This document shows, one piece after another, positions 47,629 to 57,438 of a stretch of 64,000 nt of DNA. The first letter of the stretch is position 1; the number at the start of each line of letters is the position of its first letter. The position numbers and the translations under genes are program-made. Where the stretch lies: the NCBI GenBank assembly GCA_963701965.1, contig OY969695.1, forward strand, positions 3,360,001-3,424,000, written 5' to 3'. This DNA comes from an uncultured Gemmatimonadales bacterium. Lineage in GTDB: Bacteria; Gemmatimonadota; Gemmatimonadetes; Gemmatimonadales; Gemmatimonadaceae. The notes beneath the pieces are model-generated. The model was not told where the DNA came from. It was given only the letters and a program-made list of their open reading frames with translations, and did not search any database.

Positions 47629-48205
47629 GTGCGATTCACACTCATAGTCGCGTTCGCGACGATCCCGTGTGCGTTACGGGCCCAGGCCGCCGATAGCGCG
47701 AAGAACCATAAACTCGACACTCTTCGTGTCATGGGCCGCGCCAACGATCTGCATGGGATCGCCGGTTCGGCGTCCCAGGGGACTGTGGGCGCCGTCGATC
47801 TTCGTCTCCGCCCACTAGCACGAGAGGGCGAGTTGCTAGAGACCGTCCCGGGGATGATCGTCACCCAGCACTCGGGCCCTCGTGGGTGGCATCACCTGGA
47901 CGCCGCGACCGCGCGGTCTCTTCGCCGCCTTCCGTGTCCGCCGGTTCGGGTCCTATCCCCTGACCCAAGACATATAGTATCCGCGCCGGTTCGACCACGT
48001 TGTGCAACGCCGACGTCGGGTTCCAGTTCGCCGGGGAGTCCGTTTGCAGCTCACGATGCTCAACGTGTTCGATTCCAGGGGCGACGACATTGACTACTAC
48101 TATGTCTCGCGCCTCCCCGGCGAACCGGCGGCCGGCGTCGGCGATCAGCATTTCCATCCCGTCGAACCGCGACAGCTCCGGGTGTCGGTGGCCTGGGGAC
48201 TCTGA
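47629..48205 (+). pseudogene. TonB-dependent receptor remnant (large internal deletion plus frameshifts)
   Basis: Signal peptide and plug start (SASQG.V......RP..R.GELLETVPGMIVTQHSG) joined near 47877 to the C-terminus (N.FD....DIDYYY.SRLPGEP..GV.D.HFHPVEPR..R). Confidence 0.85.
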
Positions 48206-48244
48206 TCTGGCGGGGGAGCGGCCGTACCGTTATGGTGCTGCCAA

Positions 48245-50002
48245 ATGCGTACCCTCGCGACTCTCTCGACGATCGCCCTGTGCGCCGCGCCCCTCGCCGC
48301 GCAGAGCACCGGTTTCCGCGTGCTCGTCACGATGCCGGCCTCCGCGGCCACCCGGCCGCACAATGGCCGCCTCTTGCTGCTCCTGTCCAAGGACAGCACC
48401 GCCGAACCGCGGTTTCAGATCACCTATCACGACGATACGCAGGAAGAGTTCGGGATCGACGTGCACGGCTTGAGCGCGACGCATCCCGGGGTGTTCGATG
48501 CGCGCGTGCTCGGGTACCCCGTCGCCAGCCTTTCGCACGTGCCCGCCGGCGACTACTGGGTGCAGGCCGTCCTCCATCCCTACGAAGTCTTTCATCGCGC
48601 CGATGGCCACACCGTCGAGCTCCCGCCCGATCGTGGCGAGGGCCAACGCTGGGAGCGCGCGCCCGGATCGCCCATGAGCCGGCCCGTGCGCGTGCACATC
48701 GATCCGCGCACCAGCGGTGTCGTGCGCGTCGTGCTCGATACGGTGATCCCGCCGCTGCCCGAGACGAAGGACACGAAATACGTCAAGTACGTCCGCATCC
48801 AAAGTGAGCGCCTGACCAAGTTCTGGGGCCGGCCGACCTACCTGGGTGCGATTCTGCTCCTGCCGGAAGGCTTCGACACGCATCCCGACGCCCACTACCC
48901 GCTGGCGGTCTACCAGGGACACTTCCAACGCGCCGTCTCCGGTTGGCGCGAGACGCCACCCGACACGACGCTGCCGGTGCCCGACACCGCGCGCATCGCC
49001 CACGATTGCCCGAACGGGGGCGAGATGGAGCACTGCGATCGCCGGGCCATTCAGCGGTTGCGGGAGGAAGAGGGATACGCGTTCTACCGGCAGTGGACCG
49101 GCCCCGGATTTCCGCGCCTGATCATGGTCACCATCCAACACGCCAATCCGTACTACGACGATTCGTACGCCGTGAACTCGGAAAACGTCGGCCCCTACGG
49201 CGACGCGATCACCTACGAACTGATCCCCTACATCGAGCAACACTATCGCGGGCTCGGCCCCTGGGCCCGCGCGTTATACGGCGGGTCGACCGGAGGCTGG
49301 GAGGCCTTGGGTGTCCAGGTGTTCTATCCCGACCAGTACAACGGCAGCTGGGCCTTCTGTCCCGATCCGGTCGATTTTCACGCCTACACCAACATCGACA
49401 TTTACCACGACAAGAACGCCTACTATACGGAAGGCTTCTGGCGGCGCACGTTCCGGCCCGGCGAGCGCACCTACCTCGGTGACATGCTGTCCACCGTCCA
49501 AGACCAGAACATGACGGAGCTGGTCAGGGGCACGCACACGCGGTCCGGTGAGCAGTGGGACATCTGGGAGGCCGTCTTTTCGCCCGTGGGCCCCGACGGC
49601 TATCCCCGCCGCATTTGGGACAAGCGCACCGGAGTCATCGACACCAGCGTCGCGGCCTACTGGCGCGAGCACTACGATCTCGTCCACATCATGCAGCGGG
49701 ACTGGGCGACGCTGGGACCGAAACTGCAAGGCAAGTTGCACATCTACGCGGGACTCTCCGACAGTTGGATGCTCAACGATGCCGTCTATCTGGCCCAGGA
49801 TTTCCTGCAGTCGGCGCAGAACCCGCGCGCCGATGCCGTCGTCGAGTACGGGGCGCGGGACGAGCATTGCTGGACCGGCGACCACGACCATCCCAACACG
49901 ATCGCCGGCGGCACCGTGAATCAACGGTTCATCCCGCAGATGGTGAAGCGCTGGCTGCAGACGGCGCCTCCCGGAGCGGACACCACGAGCTGGCGGTACT
50001 GA
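48245..50002 (+). CDS. Secreted putative esterase (alpha/beta hydrolase)
   Basis: Signal peptide; GGSTGGW, YYDDSYAVNS.N.GPYGDAI; paralog of 31897..33540. Confidence 0.85.
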   Translation: MRTLATLSTIALCAAPLAAQSTGFRVLVTMPASAATRPHNGRLLLLLSKDSTAEPRFQITYHDDTQEEFGIDVHGLSATHPGVFDARVLGYPVASLSHVPAGDYWVQAVLHPYEVFHRADGHTVELPPDRGEGQRWERAPGSPMSRPVRVHIDPRTSGVVRVVLDTVIPPLPETKDTKYVKYVRIQSERLTKFWGRPTYLGAILLLPEGFDTHPDAHYPLAVYQGHFQRAVSGWRETPPDTTLPVPDTARIAHDCPNGGEMEHCDRRAIQRLREEEGYAFYRQWTGPGFPRLIMVTIQHANPYYDDSYAVNSENVGPYGDAITYELIPYIEQHYRGLGPWARALYGGSTGGWEALGVQVFYPDQYNGSWAFCPDPVDFHAYTNIDIYHDKNAYYTEGFWRRTFRPGERTYLGDMLSTVQDQNMTELVRGTHTRSGEQWDIWEAVFSPVGPDGYPRRIWDKRTGVIDTSVAAYWREHYDLVHIMQRDWATLGPKLQGKLHIYAGLSDSWMLNDAVYLAQDFLQSAQNPRADAVVEYGARDEHCWTGDHDHPNTIAGGTVNQRFIPQMVKRWLQTAPPGADTTSWRY

Positions 50003-50418
50003 TGCCCTTTCTTTTTTTGCCCCTCGCCGCCGCGATCGTGCTCGCGGCGCCGCCGGACTCCGGCATCAAGCAGACCCTCGATCAGAGCGCGGTGGCCTGG
50101 AACCACCACGACATCGAGGGCTTCATGACGTCGTACGAAAAAGCCCCCACGACACTGTACGTCGGATCGACGGGTATCGCGCGCGGGTGGGACGCGATCC
50201 GCACTCACTATCGGATGGAGTACCCGCCCGACGATGCCCACATGGGGACGCTCAGCTTCTCCGATCTCGAGGTGCATCCGCTGAGTCCCGAATACGCCAT
50301 GGCGATCGGGCGTTATCATCTCCTTCTCGCGGGTGGGAAGACCGCGACCGGCATGTTCACGTTGGTGATGCACCGGACCGCCGGCGGTTGGCGCATCGCC
50401 ATCGACCACTCGTCCTGA
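50002..50418 (+). CDS. DUF4440 / SnoaL-NTF2-like (YybH) protein
   Basis: TGATG coupling; AWN..DIEGFM..Y, RGW, MGTLSF, G.FTLV, W.I..DHSS. Confidence 0.85.
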   Translation: MPFLFLPLAAAIVLAAPPDSGIKQTLDQSAVAWNHHDIEGFMTSYEKAPTTLYVGSTGIARGWDAIRTHYRMEYPPDDAHMGTLSFSDLEVHPLSPEYAMAIGRYHLLLAGGKTATGMFTLVMHRTAGGWRIAIDHSS

Positions 50419-50420
50419 CC

Positions 50421-51341
50421 GTGCGGCTCGCGTTCGCGCTCGCTCTCATGATTCCCGCCGTCATGACCGGTCAGACCGGCTACGTCGCCGGGTCGGACGG
50501 AGTGCAGCTGCACTACCGCGTGATGGGCCACGGTCCGGACACCGTCATCGCGATTCATGGCGGCCCGGGCGTCGATCTGGAGAGCATCGCGCCGGATTTC
50601 GCGCCGCTCACCGCGCATCACACGGTGATCTTCTACGATCAACGCGGCGCTGGTCGGTCGACGCTGCCCAAAGACACGGCGCTGCTCACCGCGGCGAAAC
50701 AGATCGACGATCTCGACGCGGTGCGGCGTCACTTCGGCCTGACCCGCGTGACGCTCATCGCCCACTCCTATGGGCCCCTGTTGGCGGCGACGTACGCGCT
50801 CGCCCATCCCGAGGCCGTGCGGCGCATGGTGTTCTTCAATCCCATTCCGCCGCGCCGCGGCGATCTCTGGCAACGCTTCAACGCCACGTTGGATCAGCGT
50901 CTCGACAGCGCGCAGCAAATAAAGATGGCGGATGCCATGCGCCACCTCGACTCGTCCACGGCGGACGTCCGTCAGGCTTGCCGCGATTTCTGGGCGATCG
51001 CGCTCCGACCCCGGCTCGCCGATCCCAATCGTTCGCTCCCGCGGCTCAAGTCGGACCTCTGCGCCTCGAATCCCGCCGGCATCCGCTATGGGCTTACGGT
51101 GACCAACCCCGTCATCATGGGCTCGTACGGCGACTGGGATCTCCGCGCCCAGCTCCGCGGGCTCGCGGTCCCGACGCTCGTCGTGCACGGCGAGGAAGAC
51201 GCCATTCCCATGGATCTCGTCGAGGAATGGACGACGAGTTTGCCCCACGCCCGGCTGCTGCGTGTGCCGCACGCCGGGCACTTCTCCTACGTCGAGCAGC
51301 CGGATCTCGTCTGGCCAGCGGTGGAAGCGTTTCTGCAGTAG
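50421..51341 (+). CDS. Alpha/beta hydrolase (proline iminopeptidase-like)
   Basis: HGGPG, YDQRGAGRS, HSYG, HG..D, AGHF. Confidence 0.88.
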   Translation: MRLAFALALMIPAVMTGQTGYVAGSDGVQLHYRVMGHGPDTVIAIHGGPGVDLESIAPDFAPLTAHHTVIFYDQRGAGRSTLPKDTALLTAAKQIDDLDAVRRHFGLTRVTLIAHSYGPLLAATYALAHPEAVRRMVFFNPIPPRRGDLWQRFNATLDQRLDSAQQIKMADAMRHLDSSTADVRQACRDFWAIALRPRLADPNRSLPRLKSDLCASNPAGIRYGLTVTNPVIMGSYGDWDLRAQLRGLAVPTLVVHGEEDAIPMDLVEEWTTSLPHARLLRVPHAGHFSYVEQPDLVWPAVEAFLQ

Positions 51342-51352
51342 AAACGAGCCGC

Positions 51353-51427
51353 CTAGAGCTCCGCGCAGCGGAGCTCAGTTCAACCGACAATGCCCTAGCG
51401 GGGGTGCGTTCTTCAGCACCCCGCTAG
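51353..51427. repeat. Two-hairpin REP/MITE-like intergenic element, copy 2
   Basis: Reverse complement aligns with 18367-18440; bounded by CTAG on both sides. Confidence 0.8.
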
Positions 51428-53223
51428 GGCAACACGTCGATTTCGACGTTCGACGGGGACTTGGCCGTCCGGTAGATCGTGTGTTGCCGCGCCTGATAGT
51501 CCTGGGGTCGCGCCTGGAAGATATTCGGCACGAACGTCTGGGGGTTCCGGTCATATAGCGGGAACCACGTGCTCTGCACCTGCACCATGATGCGGTGGCC
51601 AGCGCGGAACGTGTACGCCTGCTGGTGCAGATCGACCGTATAAGGCTCGACCTGCCCCGGCGGAATCGGCGCCGCGTGCTCGAAGCTCTGGCGATACCGG
51701 CCGCGCATGATGTCCGCCGTGACGATCAATTCGTATCCGCCCATGGTCGGCCGGTCGTCGATCGTGTCGGGATACACGTCGATGAGCTTCACGACCCAGT
51801 CCGCGTCGCTCCCGGTCGTCGCCGCATAGAGATGCGCGACGACGTTGCCCGCGACCGTGAGGTCTTCCGTCAGGGGCGCGGTCTGCCATGTCAACACGTC
51901 CGGGCGTTCGTCGACGAACCGCTGGTCCTCCGTCATCCACCGCCGCCAGCGCGACGTCGCCGAGTACGTCCGTTCGACGGGGCGCGGCCGGTAGGGTACC
52001 GGATGCGTCGGGTCCGAGACGTAGCGATCGGCGCCCGTGTCGGCCTTCGCCGGTGTCATCGACAGCGCGCGGCCCGACCGGAAGTACAGATGCTTGTGCG
52101 CGACACCGGGGGCCGGCCACTGCGCGAACGTGCGCCACGTGTCCGTGCCGCCGTCGAACACCGTGGCCGCCGGCGTCGTGCCGCCGGCCGAGTCGTGGAG
52201 CCAGTGCGCGAACCAGCGCGCTTCCAGCGCGCGGAAGTCGATGCCCGTCGGCCGGCCGAAGCGCGCGTTGCCGAGCGCGATGCCGGAATCACCGGCCCAT
52301 TGTCCGTGGAACCACGGACCCATGACCAATGAGACTTGGTGCGTCGTGTCGGTCCGCGCCAGCGTGCGATAGGTGAGGAGCGGGCCAAACTCGTCCTCTT
52401 GGTCCCACCATCCGCCGACGACCAGCGTCGGAATCGTCGCGTGCGGAAACGTCGTCGCCAACGATCGGCTCTTCCACTCCGCGTCGTAGGCGGGATGGGC
52501 GACGAACCGCTCCCAAGTCGGCCAGGCTGTGGCGCCGACCGATTTGGCCAGCGCGCCCAGCGTCGGATACGAGAGGTACCACTCGTACGTGTCGTACCGC
52601 GCCGGAGACGGCGTGACACTCTGGTCCTTCGACGCTTCCAGGGACCAGGCGTACTCGAGGCCGTACGTCAGGCGAAACGCGCCCTGGTGAAAGAAGTCGT
52701 CGCCAAGCCACGTGTCGGCCATCGGCGCCTGGGGACTGATCGCTTTGAGCGCCGGATGCGCGCCGATGCCCGCGACGGCGGCCAGCCAACCCGGATACGA
52801 GACGCCGTAGATGCCGACGCGTCCCGTGTTATCCGGGACATTGTGAATGAGCCACTCGATCGTGTCGTACGTGTCCGTGCTCTCGTCGGTGCCCGTCGTC
52901 GTCGTCTTCTGCGGCCGGTTCATGACAAAGGATCCCTCGGACTGAAAGCGTCCGCGGATGTCCTGCAACACGAAGATGTAGCCATCGGACACGAAGTCGG
53001 CGCGCCCTTCCGCAAATCGCGCCAGATCCATCGGCCCGCCCACTCCATACGGGGTCCGTGTCATGAGCATGGGCAGCGGGCCGGAGGCCCGCTCGGGGCG
53101 GATGATGACGGTGTAGAGGCGCACGCCGTCGCGCATGGGGATCATCGCGTCGGTCTTGACCAACTGGCCGGGCACCGGGCGCGCCAGCGCGGTGATCGCG
53201 AGCAGAGTGGGGAGGAGTTTCAC
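51424..53223 (-). CDS. CocE/NonD hydrolase (alpha-amino acid ester hydrolase / glutaryl-7-ACA acylase-like)
   Basis: Signal peptide; [56 protein letters not shown]. Confidence 0.93.
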   Translation of the reverse strand: MKLLPTLLAITALARPVPGQLVKTDAMIPMRDGVRLYTVIIRPERASGPLPMLMTRTPYGVGGPMDLARFAEGRADFVSDGYIFVLQDIRGRFQSEGSFVMNRPQKTTTTGTDESTDTYDTIEWLIHNVPDNTGRVGIYGVSYPGWLAAVAGIGAHPALKAISPQAPMADTWLGDDFFHQGAFRLTYGLEYAWSLEASKDQSVTPSPARYDTYEWYLSYPTLGALAKSVGATAWPTWERFVAHPAYDAEWKSRSLATTFPHATIPTLVVGGWWDQEDEFGPLLTYRTLARTDTTHQVSLVMGPWFHGQWAGDSGIALGNARFGRPTGIDFRALEARWFAHWLHDSAGGTTPAATVFDGGTDTWRTFAQWPAPGVAHKHLYFRSGRALSMTPAKADTGADRYVSDPTHPVPYRPRPVERTYSATSRWRRWMTEDQRFVDERPDVLTWQTAPLTEDLTVAGNVVAHLYAATTGSDADWVVKLIDVYPDTIDDRPTMGGYELIVTADIMRGRYRQSFEHAAPIPPGQVEPYTVDLHQQAYTFRAGHRIMVQVQSTWFPLYDRNPQTFVPNIFQARPQDYQARQHTIYRTAKSPSNVEIDVLP

Positions 53224-53253
53224 GGTGCCAAGTTGCGGGCTGAACCGTGTCCG

Positions 53254-53292
53254 CACAAGGCGCGTAGCACAAGGCGCCATAACACAAGGCGC
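53254..53292. repeat. Triple direct repeat CACAAGGCGC upstream of the CocE gene
   Basis: Exact 10-mer at 53254, 53268 and 53283. Confidence 0.75.
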
Positions 53293-53308
53293 CGTACCCG
53301 CTATTGCC

Positions 53309-53806
53309 CTACCGCTGGCGCTCGCGTTCGGAGTCGACGTTGGCCGACGAATCAGCGGCCATGAGCGTCAGCAGTTCCCGGCAACTCTCGAAGAACGTCG
53401 CCACCGCCTCGCGTTGCTCGTACAACGAGCGCGTCGGGCTCACGCCGGTGGCCGCCGCCCGGACTTCCGCCGCCGCGGTGCCGAGCACCGGATAGCGGCG
53501 CGCTTGCAGGTCGGACAATCCGTGGGCGGCGCGGATGAACGCGTCCCGCGCGATGTCCGCGTGCTCCGGCGTCCCGCGCGGCGAGCTTTCCAGGGCGCGC
53601 GCTTGATCGCGGATGGTCTCCATGGCGCCATCGCCGCCCGCCGCCGCGATGGCGTCGGTCAGCGTATAGAGCCGCATCGCCGTCAGTTCATCGGCGGTAC
53701 GCGGGGTCCAGGATGGTGCCTCGCCCTGGTCGCGGGTCGCGATGCCCCATCCAAGCAGCGCAATTAGTACCGTTCCAAGTACCCACGGCCAGGGCGGGCG
53801 AAGCAT
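53309..53806 (-). CDS. Hypothetical membrane-anchored helical protein
   Basis: N-terminal TM (WPWVLG...W); TATCGT -10 lies 6 nt upstream of ATG 53806. Confidence 0.6.
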   Translation of the reverse strand: MLRPPWPWVLGTVLIALLGWGIATRDQGEAPSWTPRTADELTAMRLYTLTDAIAAAGGDGAMETIRDQARALESSPRGTPEHADIARDAFIRAAHGLSDLQARRYPVLGTAAAEVRAAATGVSPTRSLYEQREAVATFFESCRELLTLMAADSSANVDSERERQR

Positions 53807-53913
53807 TGGGTGACGATAAGCGCTGGTACGCCGCAGGTGTCCGGGGACATGGGACCGGGCAGGCGATCGGTGGGGCGAATACCCTGGGGGCCGGGATGAG
53901 ACGTTGCACCGCG

Positions 53914-54660
53914 TCACCCGCGCGGCAATCGATCACGATACTGCGGGCTCATCGGAATTTCCGTGCCATCGGTCAGCACGATCCGGTACTCGCCCGAGGG
54001 CAGCGCGCGCAGCTCGCGCACGAAGTCGATGCGCACTAGGAACGACCGGTGCACGCGCGCGAAACGGGACGAGTCGAGCCGGCCTTCGATGCCGCTCAAG
54101 GTCGAACGAATCAGGTAGGTCTTGAGACCCACGTGCAGGCGCAGGTAGTTGCGTTCCGCCTGCATCCAGTCGATCGAATCCGTCGGCACGAAAAAGGTCC
54201 GCCGGCCGACGGTCACGGCCACACGGTCGAGATGCGCCGCCCGCCCGCGGAGCGTCTGCACCAGCTCGCGCACCTCGGCGTCGAGCGATCCCGAACGCGC
54301 CGCTTGCAGCGCCGCGCGCGCGCGACCGAGCGAGCGCGCCAGTCGCTCCCGATCGTACGGCTTGAGCAGATAGTCGACCGCATCCGCATCGAACGCCTGC
54401 ACGGCGTGTTCGGCGTGCGCGGTGACGAAGATGACGAAGGGCCGCGGCGTGGTGCCCAGTCGCTCCAACATCGCGAAGCCATCGACTTCCGGCATCTGGA
54501 CATCGAGAAACAGGATGTCCGCCTTGCTCTCGGGCAACGCGCGCAACGCCTCCGTGGCGTCCTCGTAGTCGCCAATGACCTCGACGTCGGGATGCTCGGC
54601 CAGCATCGCCCGCAACCGGCGGCGGGCCAGCGGCTCGTCGTCGACCATGATGACTCTCAT
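53914..54660 (-). CDS. LytTR family response regulator
   Basis: VDDEPLAR, FLDVQMPE.DG, DYLLKP, F.RVHRS..V. Confidence 0.95.
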   Translation of the reverse strand: MRVIMVDDEPLARRRLRAMLAEHPDVEVIGDYEDATEALRALPESKADILFLDVQMPEVDGFAMLERLGTTPRPFVIFVTAHAEHAVQAFDADAVDYLLKPYDRERLARSLGRARAALQAARSGSLDAEVRELVQTLRGRAAHLDRVAVTVGRRTFFVPTDSIDWMQAERNYLRLHVGLKTYLIRSTLSGIEGRLDSSRFARVHRSFLVRIDFVRELRALPSGEYRIVLTDGTEIPMSPQYRDRLPRG

Positions 54661-55769
54661 AGCGGCCGCAATGGCATCGAGATCGACACCAACGTGCCGC
54701 GCGGCGTCGCGGCCGACAGGGCCAGCGATGTTCCACCGGGGAACATGGCGTCGAGCCGGGCGCGCGTGCTGCCCAGACCGACCCGTTCCCGGCGGGCGTG
54801 CTCGGGCGGCGGCCCGATGCCGTCGTCCCGCACCGACAGCAGGAGCCGGTCACCGTCGCAACGGGCCTCGACCTCGATGTGGCCCGCCCCGCGCCGGGGC
54901 GCAATGCCGTGCGAGATCGCGTTCTCGATGAGCGGCTGCAACAGAAACGAGGGCACGCGCGCGTTGGCGGCGTTGGGGTCGATCTGCATCGACACCGACA
55001 GCCGGTCGCCGAACCGCATGCGTTGCAGCTCGATGTAGGAGTCCAGCCGGCGGAGCTCCGTCTGCAGGGTGATGTGGTCCCGGGCGTCCGTATCGAGCGA
55101 CAGCCGCAACAGGTCCCCGAGGCGCACCAGCATCGCCTCGGCGATCAGCGGGTCATCGGGCACGAGCGCGGCAATGGCGTTGAGGGTGTTGAACAGAAAG
55201 TGCGGCTGCAATTGCAAACTGAGCGCGTGCAGGCGCGCCTCGGCCAGCGATCGCTCGAGCCGGGCCGCTACGTCCCGCTCGCGCCGCGCGCGCTGCACGC
55301 GGGCCAGGACGTGGTACGACATCCAGAACAGCAGGACGGGCTGGAAGTTCGTTTCGAAGAGATAGCGGAACGTGAGGAGCGGGGAACCGAGCGCCAACCG
55401 GGCGCTGTGGGACAACGTGGCGCCCGCCACCCACAGTCCACGCACCATCCACGCCTGGGCGGCGGCGGTCGCCACGCCCAAGACCACCCATCCGGCGGCG
55501 TGCAATGCCAGACGCGGGCGGGCCAGCGGCATGCGGTCCAGGGCGGCAAACACAAATGGAATGAGCGCGAGCCAGAGCGCCAGGTCGGCCGTGGCGGCGA
55601 TGGCCACGTGGGCGACCGCCGGCTGAAACCCGACCGCGCGATTCGCGGCGAGGGTCGGCCGAATCGAGGCGAGTTCCAAGACCAGTTGCAGCGCCGCGAC
55701 GGCCGCCCACTCGGCGGGCGTCGCGTTGCGCGTTACCGCAGGGGTGGGCGCGCGGGTCGTCTCGTCCAC
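54657..55769 (-). CDS. LytS/YehU-family sensor histidine kinase
   Basis: TMs; QLQPHFLFNTLN.I, RFGDRL, LQPLIENA..HG, GLGSTR.RL. Confidence 0.93.
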   Translation of the reverse strand: MDETTRAPTPAVTRNATPAEWAAVAALQLVLELASIRPTLAANRAVGFQPAVAHVAIAATADLALWLALIPFVFAALDRMPLARPRLALHAAGWVVLGVATAAAQAWMVRGLWVAGATLSHSARLALGSPLLTFRYLFETNFQPVLLFWMSYHVLARVQRARRERDVAARLERSLAEARLHALSLQLQPHFLFNTLNAIAALVPDDPLIAEAMLVRLGDLLRLSLDTDARDHITLQTELRRLDSYIELQRMRFGDRLSVSMQIDPNAANARVPSFLLQPLIENAISHGIAPRRGAGHIEVEARCDGDRLLLSVRDDGIGPPPEHARRERVGLGSTRARLDAMFPGGTSLALSAATPRGTLVSISMPLRPL

Positions 55770-55790
55770 CCCATAATATGAATCGGCACC

Positions 55791-56234
55791 TCAGGAGGTG
55801 CTCGTGCGCGCGCGCGAACCACCACGTCGCGCGCGCGTGCCTTCCTCCGCGGCCTCTTCGGCCGTCACGAATACCCACCACACGAAGTCTTCGAGCTCCT
55901 CGGTGAGCGGGCCGCCGGTGTAACTCGGCAACACGCTGCATCCCCGAGCGGGAAGGGCGCGCAAGTTGATCCGGCGGCGCGCCAGATTCACGCGCGTGTA
56001 AGCAACGGGCACGAGGACACGCTCGTGGCTCGCTTCGAGGTCGACGATGAAATACTGCGCCTGCCCCTCGCACGTGCTTCTCACGGAACCTTCGATCGAT
56101 CCGACGGTCGTACGGTCGGCACCGTATACGATCCATCCGCTGTAGTCGATCATGCTGTGAAGCAAGCGGTCATCGCCGGAGACTCCAGACGACTCGGGCC
56201 CAATCAGGTTGGAATTGGGACGACGGGCATGCAT
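55791..56234 (-). CDS. PRC-barrel domain protein
   Basis: GW.VYGAD...VG.I....Y..VD....VLVPV; start uncertain. Confidence 0.6.
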   Translation of the reverse strand: MHARRPNSNLIGPESSGVSGDDRLLHSMIDYSGWIVYGADRTTVGSIEGSVRSTCEGQAQYFIVDLEASHERVLVPVAYTRVNLARRRINLRALPARGCSVLPSYTGGPLTEELEDFVWWVFVTAEEAAEEGTRARRGGSRARTSTS

Positions 56235-56253
56235 CGTGGGACGGCCCCGGCGC

Positions 56254-56282
56254 TTGCGTTCAAAGAGACACCAGAGTATTAT
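56254..56282 (+). promoter_or_regulatory. sigma70-type promoter TTGCGT-N17-TATTAT, leaderless
   Basis: -35 at 56254-56259, -10 at 56277-56282, ATG at 56289. Confidence 0.6.
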
Positions 56283-56288
56283 CCAGAT

Positions 56289-56723
56289 ATGAACAAACCG
56301 GCGGTCGCGCCGTCAGTGACACCCGATCCGCTCATCTTCTCGCTTCTTCACGCGGCACACGCGGTGGAGAAACGCCTCGATGACGCGTTCGCGACCGTTG
56401 GGCTTTCGCTGGCCAAGTTCTCCGTGCTGTCGCAGCTGGCCCAGGCCGGCGCGCCGATGGCGTTGAGCGAGTTGGCGGCGCGGCTCAGCTGCGTACGGTC
56501 CAACATGACGCAGCTGGTGGACCGGTTGGAGAGCGACGGCCTCGTGCGTCGGGTCGATGATCCGGCCGATCGGCGTGTCGTGCTGGCCGCGTTGACGCCG
56601 TCGGGCGCGAAAGCGCAGGTGGCGGGTGCTCAGCAGTTCGCGGCGGTGCATAAGGAGTTCCTCGCGACGTTCAGCGCGCAGGACCGCCCGCATTCGGAAC
56701 GCCTGCTGTCAGCGATTACCTAA
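56289..56723 (+). CDS. MarR family transcriptional regulator
   Basis: LSELA..L...SN.T.LVDRLE.DGLV.R..DP.DRR.....LT..G. Confidence 0.93.
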   Translation: MNKPAVAPSVTPDPLIFSLLHAAHAVEKRLDDAFATVGLSLAKFSVLSQLAQAGAPMALSELAARLSCVRSNMTQLVDRLESDGLVRRVDDPADRRVVLAALTPSGAKAQVAGAQQFAAVHKEFLATFSAQDRPHSERLLSAIT

Positions 56724-56816
56724 GTGATGCGTTGTCCTTCTTAGCCCTCTTTTTGCGGACTGCTTCAGTGCTCGACAATCCAGCAGTCGATCATATCACC
56801 TTCCCCCATCCCTTCT

Positions 56817-57380
56817 ATGACTACTACTCAGAAACCGACGACAATGACGACGTGGCAGGTGGATTCGGCGCATACGAGCGCCGAGTTTGCTGTCCGCCAC
56901 CTCATGATCTCCACCGTGAAAGGCCACTTCACGGACATCACGGGTACCGTGGCGTTCGATGAGTCGGATCCGTCGGTCGTTGACGTCAACATCACGATCC
57001 AGACCGCCAGCATCGACACGCGACAGCCGCAGCGTGACGATCATCTGCGCTCCGCGGATTTCTTCGACGTGGCGAAGTATCCGACCATCACGTTCCACGG
57101 GAAGCGTCTGGATGGCGATCCCAGTGACGCCTTCGCGCTCACCGGCGATCTCACGATCCACGGCGTGACCAAGCCCATCACCCTCTCCGTGGCGGCTGAA
57201 GGTCGGGGCCCGGATCCGTTTGGCGGCGCCGAGCGGGCGGGGTTCAGCGCCACGGGTAAGCTCGATCGGCGCGACTATGGTCTCGTGTGGAACATGGCGA
57301 CCGAGGCGGGCGGCATTGCGGTCGGCCACGACGTCAAGCTCACGCTCGATCTGGAGCTGGTGAAGCCGAAGGTCGCGTAA
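56817..57380 (+). CDS. YceI family protein
   Basis: W.VD.AH...F.VRHLMISTVKG.F, SIDT....RD.HLRS.DFFD..KYP.ITF, G.LTIHGVTK. Confidence 0.95.
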   Translation: MTTTQKPTTMTTWQVDSAHTSAEFAVRHLMISTVKGHFTDITGTVAFDESDPSVVDVNITIQTASIDTRQPQRDDHLRSADFFDVAKYPTITFHGKRLDGDPSDAFALTGDLTIHGVTKPITLSVAAEGRGPDPFGGAERAGFSATGKLDRRDYGLVWNMATEAGGIAVGHDVKLTLDLELVKPKVA

Positions 57381-57389
57381 GACTGAAGC

Positions 57390-57430
57390 GCAAAAGCCCC
57401 CTCCCCCTTTTCGGGGGAGGGGATTTTTGC
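57390..57430. terminator. Bidirectional rho-independent terminator
   Basis: AAAA-g-CCCCTCCCCC/GGGGGAGGGG-a-TTTTT hairpin between convergent genes. Confidence 0.85.
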
Positions 57431-57438
57431 TTCTTGCG

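Noticed and set aside
46894..47696. Three overlapping repeat-protein ORFs
   Set aside because: They arise from a stop-free 62-bp unit cycling through frames; no RBS or domain, and they overlap the DUF4331 start and promoter.
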